Assembly (NCBI GenBank): GCA_951406725.2
Contig: OX597840.1
Span: 22,196,001 to 22,260,000, forward strand
Direction of reading: 5' to 3'
DNA from: Octopus vulgaris
Lineage: Eukaryota
DNA: 64,000 bases
Shown here in pieces: positions 1 to 13,200 of the stretch (within the stretch, counting starts at the first letter, position 1; every line of letters begins with the position of its first letter). The notes below the pieces were generated by a model. It had not been told where the DNA came from and made no database searches. It saw only the letters and a program-made list of their open reading frames with translations. The translations under genes and the position numbers were made by a program.

Positions 1-1829
1 CTCGCCTTCTGCCTAAATTAGAAACTATTACTGAAGAATGTCGAGCACAGAATGGGTCAAAGAACTGATAAAATGAGTTGTGGTACATAGTTACGTCCCT
101 TTAAATACTGAACTGAAATTCTGCTGAGGTCAAAACCATCGTTCGTCTTTGCAAGTCTGCAATTCTGGCGCCGATTTAATTAACTGTTCCCAAACCCAAA
201 CATTCCGTCGAGATCAACATTGCCTTTCATACTTTTGGGTTCGATAAACAAAATAAAGTATCAGTGATGTACTGTAGTCCATGTGATCTACGCGCACCGG
301 TCCTCGAAGCTACAAAAGCCAGAACCGTTACAAAAAATGCTTAGCGGCATTTCTGACGGCTCTTTACGTTCTGAGTTGTAGGCCTTGTGCTGAGGTTAGA
401 AAGTTATATAATTAGCTACCATTTCTGACAGGTCGAGTAACCACATGAAATTATCCCGTAGGATCGCAAAGTCCTTAATTTATAGGGTTGGTGCATATTC
501 GATTGAATCGCACCAGTCTATCCCTGGTACTAATCACCCATAAAAATAGGTGGCAATCCTTCGATATAACTCGACAAAACTATAACAAACATTCGGCTGT
601 TTCTGTAACAACTTGACAATTCACTTCTGATATCTTCCTGACCTCCGTGGCAGCTGCTGATTGCCAAATAAGTAGAAGTATATACCTTCTACCTACTTAA
701 ATAGAGTGCACATGCCTCAACTTCGCCTTTCATCTTTTCGGGGTTGATAAAATAAGGTGCCGGTTAATTACTGGAGTCGAAGTAATCGACTAACTTCTTC
801 TCACTGAAATTGCCGGCCTTGTGTCGATAGCAGAAAGCATTATTAATGTAAGCATTTAGTCTGGTGCCCTACCGACTAGGTTGACCCGAAGTTAGAGGCA
901 GAGCCCACAGACAAAAACTCGCGACCTGGTTTCGGTTCCCGCTTGAGAACAATTTCATTTCACTTTCAAGTATGCTGTCCAGTTTCATAAAAAATCATTA
1001 TACAAAAAAAAAAAGTTAAAGCGAATTAACAGTTTTTTTACCCCTCTAAGTCTATAGAATTATATTATTTCAAACAACAAGGATTTGCAGTGGTGTACAG
1101 CATTTAGGGCACTTGTACCGTCTTCTCATAAACGAGCACCGACCGCTCTGTCAGCGACCGAAAGGGTCTCTTCGTCATTATTCAATCTACCAGATATGGT
1201 AGGTAAATTGCCCTAACACTATACACCCTGCCTTCTTAAAAAACAAATTTACATTACGTTGCTCTATATAAAAAAATGTCTACTGTCTTTAAAATAAACA
1301 AATAAAGACGGGACGGCCACGGTTCGAATGCTTTTTATAATAGGTTTACATGATATAGGTTGACCCGAAGTTAAACACTCGAGGCAACGGTCCTATATAA
1401 CTACCGCACCAAAAGTAGATTTATAAATCTAATTATTATAACCATTATAGAGAAGTTGGAACCACAAACCTCTTTAAAAAGTGTTCGAGCCGCAAATGCT
1501 GTCGGAATTATGTCAATAGTATGGGAGATAACCCGCAGCCAACTGTTGATAAAACATGTGAGTCGGCTTCTCGTAAATGTGTGTGTGTGTGTACTTATAG
1601 ATGATTAAATGAATCTGTGTATCTGTAGAGGTATAGATATGCAGTGTGAGTGTGTGTACGCGCGTACAGATGCATATATGAGTGTATGTGCGAAAGGCAA
1701 AATAATCAACCTTGGTGGAATTTGAACTCAGAACGTGACGATGGACGAAATGTCAGTTAAGCATTTTATACAGCGCACTAAAGATTCTGCCACTTCCCGC
1801 CGTTATATTATAATATAATGAAATTATTG

Positions 1830-2580
1830 TATACAGTGCTCAGGTGCACCACAATTTGTCAAAAGTGCGTATAAAGCATATGCAGTAATGTACAAATGTC
1901 TGGAAAGTGAACAGTATATGAGTCAGATACATGTCTGCGTGTGTATGGAGGGAAGAAAATCAGGTGTAGTGTTGGCGAATCTCAGGAAGCATGGAAGTTT
2001 TGAAGGATGCAGTGCTCCGACAACTAACAACTGATGCCGGCAGTTTGTTCCATACTTCAGCAACTCTTAGCGTGAAAAAATGTTTCTGAAAGTCATGGGA
2101 GCTGTGCTGTTTTCTGACTTTGTAAATATGTCCATGGGTGTTAGACAGGTGGAGTTTGAAAAGGTGCTTAGAGTTATTGTTTGTAAGATGGTTAATAATT
2201 TTATGGGTGTCTACCAAGTCAGCTGCCAGACGTCGGAGTTTCAATGTATCCATGCCCAAGGAAGTAAGGCGTTCAGAATATGGCAAATGCCTGATGGAGG
2301 GTATTCTCTTGGTTGCACGTCACTGAACAGCAAATTCCAGGTGAGGTCACACCATAGCTATATAAAGCCTCAGATAGATAGCTGGAGAGCGGCTCACAAA
2401 GGACTTGGTGAGTGATGCCAAGACACCCTCAGCCTTCTTGGCAATTTTAGCAATGTGTTTTGTCCAACGCAAATCAGTCAACAACAATGCCCAGGTCATG
2501 TTCACAAGAAGACTTTTTGAGATTAGTGTTGGGGAGGGAGTAAGCAGTCACTGGGTTTTTCTTCCCAAAATGTAATAACA
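1830..2580 (-). mobile_element. Degenerate 3' fragment of a CR1/L2-group non-LTR retrotransposon (RT C-terminus)
   Basis: ORF 1960-2286 (LRRLAADLVDTHKII...HFFTLRVAEVWNKLPASVV) is typical of CR1-group ORF2 ends; upstream frames give PHLEFA-like motifs interrupted by stops. Confidence 0.8.
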
Positions 2581-3119
2581 AAAATGATAAATAATAATAA
2601 TCCTTTCTACTATAGGCATAAGGCTTGAAATTTCAGGTGAGGGAACTAAGTATACTTAAACCAGAGTTCAACTGACACATATTTTATTAGCCCTGAAAAG
2701 GTTGATAAATTTGACCTCAGAACAAAAAGACAGAGGAAATACTGCTAAGCATTTTGCCTACCATGCAAATTATTCCTCCCACCCCCCTGCTTTCTGACCA
2801 AAGGTGGGGAGGACGTGAGGGACAGATCTTGACAATGGATTTGGTTGATAGATATAACACTTGAAAGTCAAGAAGCAAATTTGATGACCTGAGATAACAA
2901 CAATGATAACATATCCAGAATTATAGCAAATTTCTCATAATCAGAAAAAAAAACGAGTACATGAGAATGTCTACACCTGTTTCAGTTTGGTTTATCAGTT
3001 TTTAGTTCCTCAAATTGACAAGTTACAAATACATTTGTTGTTGTTTGTTGCTGCTGTATGTATGTCTGTCACTCTTCTTGACGAGTTGTACGTAATGATA
3101 ACTGTCTTTCTCATTTACA

Positions 3120-3247
3120 TATATGGGTGTATATATGCATGTGTGTGTAGGTATGTATGTATATGTAAGCGTGCATATATATATATATATACATGTATAT
3201 ATTACATATATATATATGTAATATATGTACACATGTGCCTGCCTGTG

Positions 3248-3282
<35 letters not shown>

Positions 3283-3292
3283 ATGTATATAC

Positions 3293-3332
<40 letters not shown>

Positions 3333-3350
3333 GTATATGTATATATATAT

Positions 3351-3391
<41 letters not shown>

Positions 3392-3403
3392 CATATGTGT
3401 GTG

Positions 3404-3450
<47 letters not shown>
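3120..3450. repeat. (TA)n/(TG)n compound microsatellite
   Basis: Directly visible dinucleotide runs; explains the IY/YI ORFs here. Confidence 0.95.
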
Positions 3451-3454
<4 letters not shown>

Positions 3455-4340
3455 TAAGGTCCAACTGATAGGAGATTTGTATACAAAGTGACAGGTATGT
3501 GCAAACATTATCTTTTGCTTTGAGAAAATAAGAGATCCCATGGTGAGAAATTGGTTACTGAATATTTTATTACAGGCATAAGATGGACCATTAATTGTTT
3601 CTTGTTTGAATGGGATATTACTGGTACAAGTGTGGGGCAGAGGAGTTGTTGATACTTGGTTTAGAAATAATGGCAGGGAGTTGGAAGTATCTGTGTATGT
3701 GTGTGTGTGTGTATGTGTGTGTGTGTGTGCGCGTGTGTGTATGTGCATGTGTGCGTGTGTACATGTGTGTGTGTGTGTGTGTAGTCTCAATGAGGATATT
3801 TAAACCTCTTACAAGGATATTAATCCAAGATACATTGGTTTAGGATACATTTGGAATCTGCAGAATATATAGAATCTGAAGGTGGTGAGCTGACAGAAAC
3901 GTTAGCACACCAGGTGAAATGCTTAGTAGTGTTTCGTCTGTGTTTATAGTCTGAGTTCAAATTCCGCCGAGGTCAGCTTTGCCTTTCATCCTTCCAGGGT
4001 CAATAAATTAAGTACCAGTTGTGTACTGGGGTTGATCTAATTGACTGGGTCCCTCCCCCAAAATTTCGGGCCTTGTGCCTAGAGTAAGAAAGAATATATA
4101 GAATCTGAGGATTCAAAACATATCTTAATGTAATCCTTGTACTGTCCTTTGTACACCCCAATGGTTTTCCATACAAGGTATTTAAAATGCAAAATTATAT
4201 ATTTATATGTTTTGTAATTCTAATTTTGTATATCAAATGAAACATTTGTAGATGAATATGTTTATTAATTAATAAATTAATTTGTATCCATTAGATCACT
4301 TTGTTTTCTAACTCGATAATAATGTTTTATATATATATAT

Positions 4341-4372
<32 letters not shown>

Positions 4373-4545
4373 TTAACGTCCGCTCTCCATGCTAGCATGG
4401 GTTTGACGGTTCAACTGGGGTCTGGGAAGCCAGAAGGCTGCACCAGGCCCAGTCTGATTTGGCAGTGTTTCTACGGCTGGATGCCCTTCCTAACGCCAAC
4501 CACTCCGTGAGTGTAGTGGGTGCTTTTTACATGCCACCTGCACAG

Positions 4546-4789
<244 letters not shown>

Positions 4790-7347
4790 CAATCATCGTC
4801 ATTTTATATATAAAACACACACGTTAGTATAGATTCAGAAACAAATATAATCTAATATGTTTATATCCATTCTTAAATTTGATCTTTGTAACCTAAACAA
4901 GCCCATATAATAAACTTGTCTCAATTCAGTGACAAACTGCAGACGTATACCAATACACTCTGAGCTTCAGTATTTTTCTTGAATAGGCGCAGGCATGGCA
5001 ATGTGGTAAAAAACTTGGTTGGCAACCACATTGTCCCAGGTTCACTCCCATACATGGCACCTTGGGCAAGTATCTTCTACTACAACCTCAGGAAGACAAA
5101 ACCTTGTGAGCAAATTTGGTAGGCAGAAACTAAAAGAAACCTATCATGTGTGTGTGACTGTGTGTGTTTGTCCCCCACCACTGGTTGGTAACCGGTGTTG
5201 GTTTGTCTATGTCTCTGTAACTGAACAGTTTGGGAAAAGAGACCGACAGAATAAGTACCAGGCTTTAAAAAAGGAACTGGGGGCGATTCATTCAACTAAA
5301 CTTCTTCAAAATAGTGCTCTAGCATGGCCACAGTCTAATGACTGAAACAAGTAAAAGATAAAAGATAAGACAGCACATCACTAATATTAGCCAGATAGAT
5401 AGATAGATAGAAAGATAGATAGATAGACAGACAGGCAGACACCATCATGATGATGATGACAATACACTCACACACAAACTCACAGGATGAATTTCCAGAA
5501 AGTTAATTACTTAGTTTGTAAATCAATTAATAACTTAATTAGTATCACTATACCAGTAAAAATTTCTTTCCCTTCCTGGATAATTAATAAGGAAGCTTTC
5601 CTAATTACTTAAATTTAAAGGATATAAATCAAACTTTGAAACACAGCTGTGCCCCCAACTCATTCCTGCTAATAAATTATTTTCTCAATAACTTTCCGGA
5701 AAACTGATATTTGTGAGATTTTCTCCAAATATCTTTCAGGCGGTGTAGATTATGATTATATCGGAATTTAATGTAAAAATAAAAAAGAAATATTGGCTGT
5801 GCATACATAATGACACACATCGCATATAATTATAAAAGGAAACTGGAAATTTTGTAAAAAAAAAATGTGATGTGTGTATGTACTAATTTCTTTTCTTTCG
5901 TTTTCCAGATTAAATTCCGATATAATTGTAATCTACAGTAGCTTAGTAGAAAATTTCATTAAAATAAAAAAAAAACATTTTTCTGACAGTTATAAAGAAA
6001 CGAAATCGAAGGGGCCCACTTGTGTAGGTTTACCCCGTCATTTTTATAAGGTCCCATCTAAGACCAAACGGTAGCTTTGTAAATATGGGTCACAATTTAG
6101 TCCAATACAGAAGCAAAAATCGCTTCACATGTGACATGCAGCCATAATAGTTACATACAATTCCATAGAACTGGTGTCAGCTATTCTTAGATGATGTTAT
6201 GTAATGTCTAAGTAATCGGTAAGTGTTTAATACTACGGAGAACCTAAATAACAGCATTATTCTGTCGTCTGAGGTATGTAAATTATTATTTTTAATTATC
6301 ATTTATTATTCTACCCTCTTCTGGGTGTATTTTTTCCGATTTAAAAGGTAACTTCCAATAAATTTAGGTGTCTCTCCTAGCAGCCGATCGTCATGTTTAC
6401 AATGAAGGCCACTGTCTATTTTAGTGGAGCTCCGAACAATGGGATATTATCAGTTATTTTCTTTGGCTGGCCTAATCAATCAGCCATATGGTAGACGGTA
6501 TTCCAGCCAGGACCATCATGTCTTAATGGAGAGGCGTAAACATTTTTGGATCTTGTTAGTTTGTGTCACAAAATCAGCCTCCTTTCATTTTGCTCAGGTT
6601 GTTTCCAAATTTAGGAATTTTGATTACACTCAACTTTATCTCGTAAATTGAAGAATTTGATGTTATTTGGAATTAAAGTTGGAATATTTGTGTAATTTTA
6701 GCCAATCAACAGACAGCAAGGCATTAACAGCTAGTTACCATAGCAACTTATGACTCGCTGTGTTGCGTCTTCTCGCCTGCACGCAATTTCTCTGTACATG
6801 TTTCGATTTTGTTATTTTTGTTGCCAACTTTATAAATCGTCCATTACCTGTGCTTATATCAATTAGAATTAAAAAAGAGTGTTATCCCTAAAAAATAAAA
6901 AGTGTAATAAATCCAGGCACAATATAAGAAAGTGCTTCGTATGAATTTATACTGGTGGTGCACTCGCAATGAGTGTAATGCACGTTTGTCAGTAAGAACA
7001 GGAGGAAAAAAAGAAAAACCTCGGTTTTTTCGCCTGCATTCAACGTATCTAACCGCCAAACCCGTCTCAAGAAAGGGGGAGGGTGGTTATGGACCACGAA
7101 GTTTTCCGGAACCCACAAAAGGAAAGATTTGGCTGCTATTTCTCACAAACCCTGCTACCACGTAACACCTATTTGCGATAAAGGACCCGCCGTTATCGCA
7201 AATAGTTGCTAATGTGAGTGCACTTGTACAAATTTACCCAAACATATACAGACAAATACATTAATATAACAAAAAATAATTAAATAAAAACATGACTTCA
7301 TAAGGTATTTATCTTTATTTAGAAACCTAGAATGAACAGGTTAGAAA

Positions 7348-7428
7348 GGGTACAACCTTACACGGGGTACAACCTTAGACTGGGTACAACCTTACACGGG
7401 GTACAACCTTACACAGGGTACAACCTTA
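7348..7428. repeat. 17-bp tandem repeat (GGGTACAACCTTA + 4 variable nt), 5 copies
   Basis: gggtacaaccttacacg/gggtacaaccttagact/gggtacaaccttacacg/gggtacaaccttacaca/gggtacaacctta. Confidence 0.9.
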
Positions 7429-9896
7429 AAGTTGACACCGTTCGCTACAGCCAGCAAAAGTTTATTTTGACTTAAAAATAGAAAATGTTTCGATTTTTAA
7501 ACGTCTCTAACTTTTTCGTCAAATTTTTCTCAATAAATTCTTTGGTTCAAATGAATAAGAAATGAATATGTTTAATGTGACATATTTTCAGATTTTAAAA
7601 GGGGGCTGATTTTGTGACTCAAACTAAACCCACACCCTTTCTTGAGCAAAAGTTCTAACCATTTTTTGAAACTTAAAAATGACCAAACGAGACATTTGTT
7701 TTGGTAAAAATGGATTGCAGTCCAACAGGGGAAAGAATATTGGATGATCTTTCGATATATTGATTGTTAAACACCAACAATTATGAAGATATTTTATTAG
7801 CAACCTCAATTACAATCGGGTCAAAGTTTTGGAAAGATTTCTTGAAAAAGAGGACCTGACTATGCTTCGGACTCTCTCAACCTCAACAACAGCAACAACT
7901 ATGCTGACCAATTTTTATTCCCAAAGATCAAGCAACACTACTAAATAATGATGCAATGCTTGCAATATAATCATTTCAAATAGATAGGGAGAAAATGTTT
8001 AAAATTCGGAAGTTGCTCGTTTTGCCCCACACCTATAGCTTTGTTCTTCGAGATCCAATCCCAAAGAAAGAACCATTCCACGTTCTATCGATAATTTATA
8101 AATTCGCATGACATCAACATTTTACATTTAGTTCTGTTTACCAAGTGTGTCCGCAATCAGCTGCGCTCATTATCTCGTTAAAACGTAATTATTTTAGCAG
8201 CTGAGTCACTTCCTTTGTTGGTTCAGTGTCAATTTAATCAGGCGTCGTTCGACTTCAGATCTAATCACTTCACAAACAGACACAACACGAAAATATTTAC
8301 TGTTTCCTTCCGACATTCTCCAGGACAAAGAGATTAAACAGTCGGTTCATACATCGATTCTGTTTTAAGGTTTAATATTTATTTTACTTTGCATTTTCCT
8401 TCCTTTATGAACCCAACAAGATTAATCTCTAAATATCAATTATTTTATCAACCACTAAATAATTTGGCTTTGATTTCTGCCTTTCAAATGAAATTTCCTT
8501 TTGCAATCGTAAATTATATGTTGTATGTTTTTATGTGTTCACACTGATTATATATGTGTATTATATTTTGCTTGTTTCAATCATTTGACTGCGGCCAGGC
8601 TGGGGCACTGCCTTGAAGTGTTTTAGTTGAATAAATCAACCCCAGGACTTTTTTTTTCTTATTTTAGCGGTTTCCTTGACACAACCGCTAAACTACGGGG
8701 ACGTAAACACACCAACACCATTTGTTAAGCTGTGGTGGGGACAAACACAAAGACACATACTCACACAGTTACAGAAACACACGCACACACAGTTGTGTAC
8801 TGTTTACTTTCTGTATCTGCCTTTCAAACACACAGAAACGTAAACATAGATCCGTGCATATATCTTACTACATATCTTTTGCTCGTTTTAGTCATTGCAC
8901 TGCGGTCATGTTGGGACAACGCCTTGAATACTGATATTCTAAGCCTGGTAATTAATCTATCAGTCTTTCGCTGGACTGCTAAGCTATGGGAACGAAAACA
9001 AACCAACACACATACGCACATATATAAACGGAGTGTGGGGGGTAAATTGTCACTAATTTCGCGCATGCGCATTGATTGTCAGAGAGAGAGAGAGATGGTG
9101 GTAAGTGCCAGGGCATATCCTTGGGGTACATGGATCATAATGTAAGAACTCGATTTTGCTGGAGTGGATGGGTCTTCTCAAGAATCACCAAATATCTCGA
9201 TCCAGTGTCATCTCTTCTGTGATGCTCAATATCTTGAGATCAGTCTCTGCTACTTCATCCCTTCTCTTCCTAGGTCTCCCTCTTCTGCAAATTCTACCCA
9301 TTTTAAAAATAATCAGTACTTCTTTGTACTTCTTTCTTGAATCTATATATGCGTATCATCATCTTTCTCATATAACTGACAATGCCAAGGGCCATACCAG
9401 GTCCCATAGTCTGTTAGGGCTTGGTTTCTATGGCAGGAAGCCCTTCTTAACACAAACGACTCCACAGAGTGTACTGGATGCTTTTTACATGGCACCAGCA
9501 CCCACACCATTGCTTTCTACTTGGCACCCTGATTTTAGGATCTCAGTTCTGTTGTGGTGGTCGTTTCAAGTACAGCAAAGCACCACATATCTCAGTCCTT
9601 TGTCATCTCCTTTGTAAGGTTCAGCATTTTGAGATCGGCATTCAATATTTCATCCCTTGTCTTCCTGGGTCTCCCACTTTCACAACTTCCCTACACTTTA
9701 AGTGACTGACACTTCTTCATGCAGCTGATCTCATCCATCCACATCACATGACCAAACCAGCTCAGTCTCCTTTCTTGCACTCTGCATATAATTCTTCTTA
9801 TGCCCAACTTCTCTCTACATACAGTATGACATTACTCTCACCATATTCAACCTTTCCTTCTTCTTCTTTTCTTGTCTCTTCTTTTTATTTATTTAT

Positions 9897-10019
9897 TTTC
9901 AACTCTGATGAAGCTCCATGATTCAAATCAGTTTTATTACCAACTACGATAAATATTCTCTTTGTATCATAATGGTAATTCTAAAGAACATTGGCAGCAG
10001 AAACGGCTGTAAGATGGAA
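9897..10019 (+). ncRNA. Degenerate Penelope-type hammerhead ribozyme motif with long stem-II insert
   Basis: CTGATGA (9905-9911) ... GAAAC ggct GTA (10000-10011); stem I tttcaact/agatggaa with one mismatch; stem II base gct/agc. Confidence 0.45.
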
Positions 10020-10158
10020 TGCAGTCTTTTTGTAAATTATTAATAAATAATAATGGATGCAAATGAATTGTTGTTCATCAATGTTATCTCCATTTTCTCT
10101 TTTCTTTCTATATAAATATTCAGTTACTAAATTTCTTTTCTGTTGCAGTATTTCAACA

Positions 10159-10216
10159 ATGTTGCGCACTGTGATATATATTTTGGCTGTCGTTTGCCTA
10201 AATTCTGTTATTGCTG
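10159..10216 (+). CDS. Chitinase exon 1 (signal peptide MLRTVIYILAVVCLNSVIA)
   Basis: Acceptor ttgcag ending 10148, ATG 10159, donor G|gtaagt; phase 1 matches next exon. Confidence 0.85.
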
Positions 10217-13200
10217 GTAAGTTTATGACTAATCTGTTTATCAACCTTATCCTTCCTGTTTTCCATATCCTACATTATCTTTTAATCCACCTCATCAATT
10301 TCTGATTATTTCCAGTTACTTTTGTTTTCATTTAACCTCCAAGCAACTCTGATTGAACAGATGTAAGATTGACCTGCTAGAAATAGCTGTCAAATCTCCA
10401 TCAATAACACCCTGCTGTCTTAAAAGAGAGGACACAGTGGAAAAAAAAGTAATCCTAGGTAGAGAAAAGCATAGATTAGATCAATATACATAACCAGTCT
10501 GACCACTGAGTTATAGTGGTCATTCAACCATGCCAGTAGCTCAGGTATTATACTGTCTGCCATTTCATACTAACTGACCACTGAGCCATCCTGACTTGTC
10601 AGTACTCCCTGCCTAACTGTTTCCAGTTCATTCCATATATGCTACATGATGATGATGATGATGATTATCGTCATCATCATTTAATATCTGTTGTCCATGC
10701 TGGCATGGTTTGACCTGGGCTGGTAAGCTGAGGGGCTGTACCAGTCTGATTTGGCATGGTTTCTACAGCTGGATGCCCTTCCTGCTGCCAACCAGTCTGA
10801 GAGTGTAATGGGGCTTTTACATGTCACTGGCACAGGTGCCAGTTGCGTGACACCAGTATCTGCCACAACTATGATTCCACTTGACTTGCTGGGTCTTCTT
10901 CTCAAGCACAGCATATTGGTAAAGGTCTCAGTCACTTGTCATTGCCTCTGTGGGGCCCAACACTCGAAAGGTGCTTTTTAACTTGACACCAGTAAAACTG
11001 CTAGTTTTGCGACACCAGCATTGGCCACATCGCCTCCATCATGCCCAACGCTCAAAAGGTGCTTTACGCAAATTAATAACATAAAATACATTTATAAAAT
11101 AGAATTGACACAGAATTTTGCTTCTCACAATATAGAAACATTTTTCATGGCCCCAGCAGACAAAATGGAAAAGGCGATGCCCTGGAGGATAGTAAGGGAG
11201 ATGCACTGGAACAGCCACTCTGACTGATGGGGCTTGCACTTGAGGACAGCAGTCTCCACCCTGATAGCAATGATATGGTTCAGGAGACCAAGAATACTGA
11301 AGTTCCCAACTGTTTGACCCTGAACCTATCAGAGAGCGACCAATACCTTGAGAATTTACTCCCTCTCTTCCTCCCTCCGTATTGTTTATTGACCCATTTA
11401 CCACCTGTTCTACCTTTTGGTTTCATTTCAGACTCAGCATCGTCCGAGAAAATTGTCTGTTATTATGCAACCGGTCTTTCAAATTACTCTACCCCTTTGC
11501 CACCCGGTCTCGACCCTACCTTATGTACTCATTTGATCTTAATTGGATCCAGTATAATTGATGGACAGATCAAACCCCAAAAACCAACTGATCCACAGGT
11601 GTACTATGAGAAAATTCCTTTAATGAAAAAACTTAATCCACAGCTGAAAGTTTTATTATGCAATGGAGGAAATTTCAATGGGGTTCTTGCCACAAGTCAG
11701 AATCGATCCAGGTATAGTGCATCTTAGAGTTTATGGATTAATCAATTATCTTCTATTATAAAAGAGAAGCTGATCCCCGTCTGTCCATCACAAAATATAT
11801 GTGAAGGAGAGGAGGAGAAAAAGTTGTTGCTGTTGAGAGAGAAATACAGTGAGATAGAGAGAGAAAGTGTGTGTGTGCAAAAGATAGATAGATAGGTGGT
11901 GTTGTCACCATAGTAACTAAGAAGTTTTTATTAAAAATACAGGAACTTTTAGTGCAAGTTTGTCAACACAACACATCACAGACTTCAAAACAAAAAAACA
12001 AAAGAGTTTCAATATATTACCATGTTTTTTTGGTTGTTTGTGTGTATGTGTATTCTTTTACTCTTACTTGTTTCAGCCATGCATCTGTGGTCATGCTGGA
12101 GCACCACCATGTTTACTCTTGTACGTTCTTAGTTCAAATTCCCTCTAGGCTGTCTTTGCCTTTCATCCTTTCAGGGTCAGTAAAATAGGTACCAGTTGAG
12201 CACCAGGGCTGACTGATATTAGCTTAACTAAGCCTGAGTAAGTGTATTAAAAACTGCACCCCTCTGCCAAGCCATGTTGAGCCAGTGTAGCAGAATAGGC
12301 TCATCAACCCAGTGTGACCTGAGGGTCAAATTCATAGCCTCCATGTCAGACCATATATATGTTTGTATATATGTATGTATGTGTGATATGTGTATGCATA
12401 TATGTATGCATGGTGTGCATGTGTGTGTGTGTGTTTTATTGTTTTCTGAACTTAGTTCTGCATGATAGTTATAAACGAGGGGGACTGTCGTACAAGCAGT
12501 GATTTTTGTTCCTGTTTTGAGTCTTCCCTGAAAACATGTCTGATCATGAGAAATATTACCTTAAATGGTAAAAGGTCAGGCTTGGCAACAGGAAATACAT
12601 CCAGCTGTAGAAAATCTACCTCAACAAACTGCATCTGATCCATTGAGCATGGAAAACTGCACATTAAAAATGATGAAGCAGTGATGCTGGTGGTGGTAGT
12701 GGTTATGGTGGCAGTGGCAGTGATGATGATGGTTGTGGTCAACCAGGAGCTATAATAAAAGACACTTGTCCAAGGTACTGTGCAGAAGAACTGAACCTTA
12801 AGTCATGTGGTTGCAAAGCAAGCCTCTTCACCATATAACCATTTTTTTTTTTATTTTCAATTCTTCTTCTTCCAGATTTGCCAACAGTTCTTTGCCTATT
12901 CTCAGGAAATATGGTTTTGATGGGTTGGATCTTGATTTCGAATTTCCTGCTTGGAATGGTTTACCCAAGTATCAGAAACATTCCTTCAGTCTTTTATTGA
13001 TGGTAATTAACTTTGCTTCAAAACTTTACAAGTATTTAATCTGTTATATTGGGTTTTTGATATCCATATTTTGTCAGCAATAACATCAGGAGTAATAGTG
13101 CCCCAGCTGGCCATTTGCTGATTGCCGGCATATTTGGTATTGTCAAGAAAGTGTCTATATATAAAAGATACATACAGATATATATAAAGGTCATATACAA

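Noticed and set aside
6700-6747. CCAAT plus perfect RFX X-box (GTTACCATAGCAAC, 6734-6747)
   Set aside because: Lies in what looks like a transposon remnant; no evidence of a transcription start nearby.
7348-7428. CRISPR-like repeat-spacer appearance
   Set aside because: Linkers are only 4 nt, the context is eukaryotic and there are no cas genes; it is a simple tandem repeat.
11227-11431. N-terminal part of the 166-aa ORF as chitinase start
   Set aside because: Intronic read-through; a phase-compatible signal-peptide exon exists at 10159-10216.
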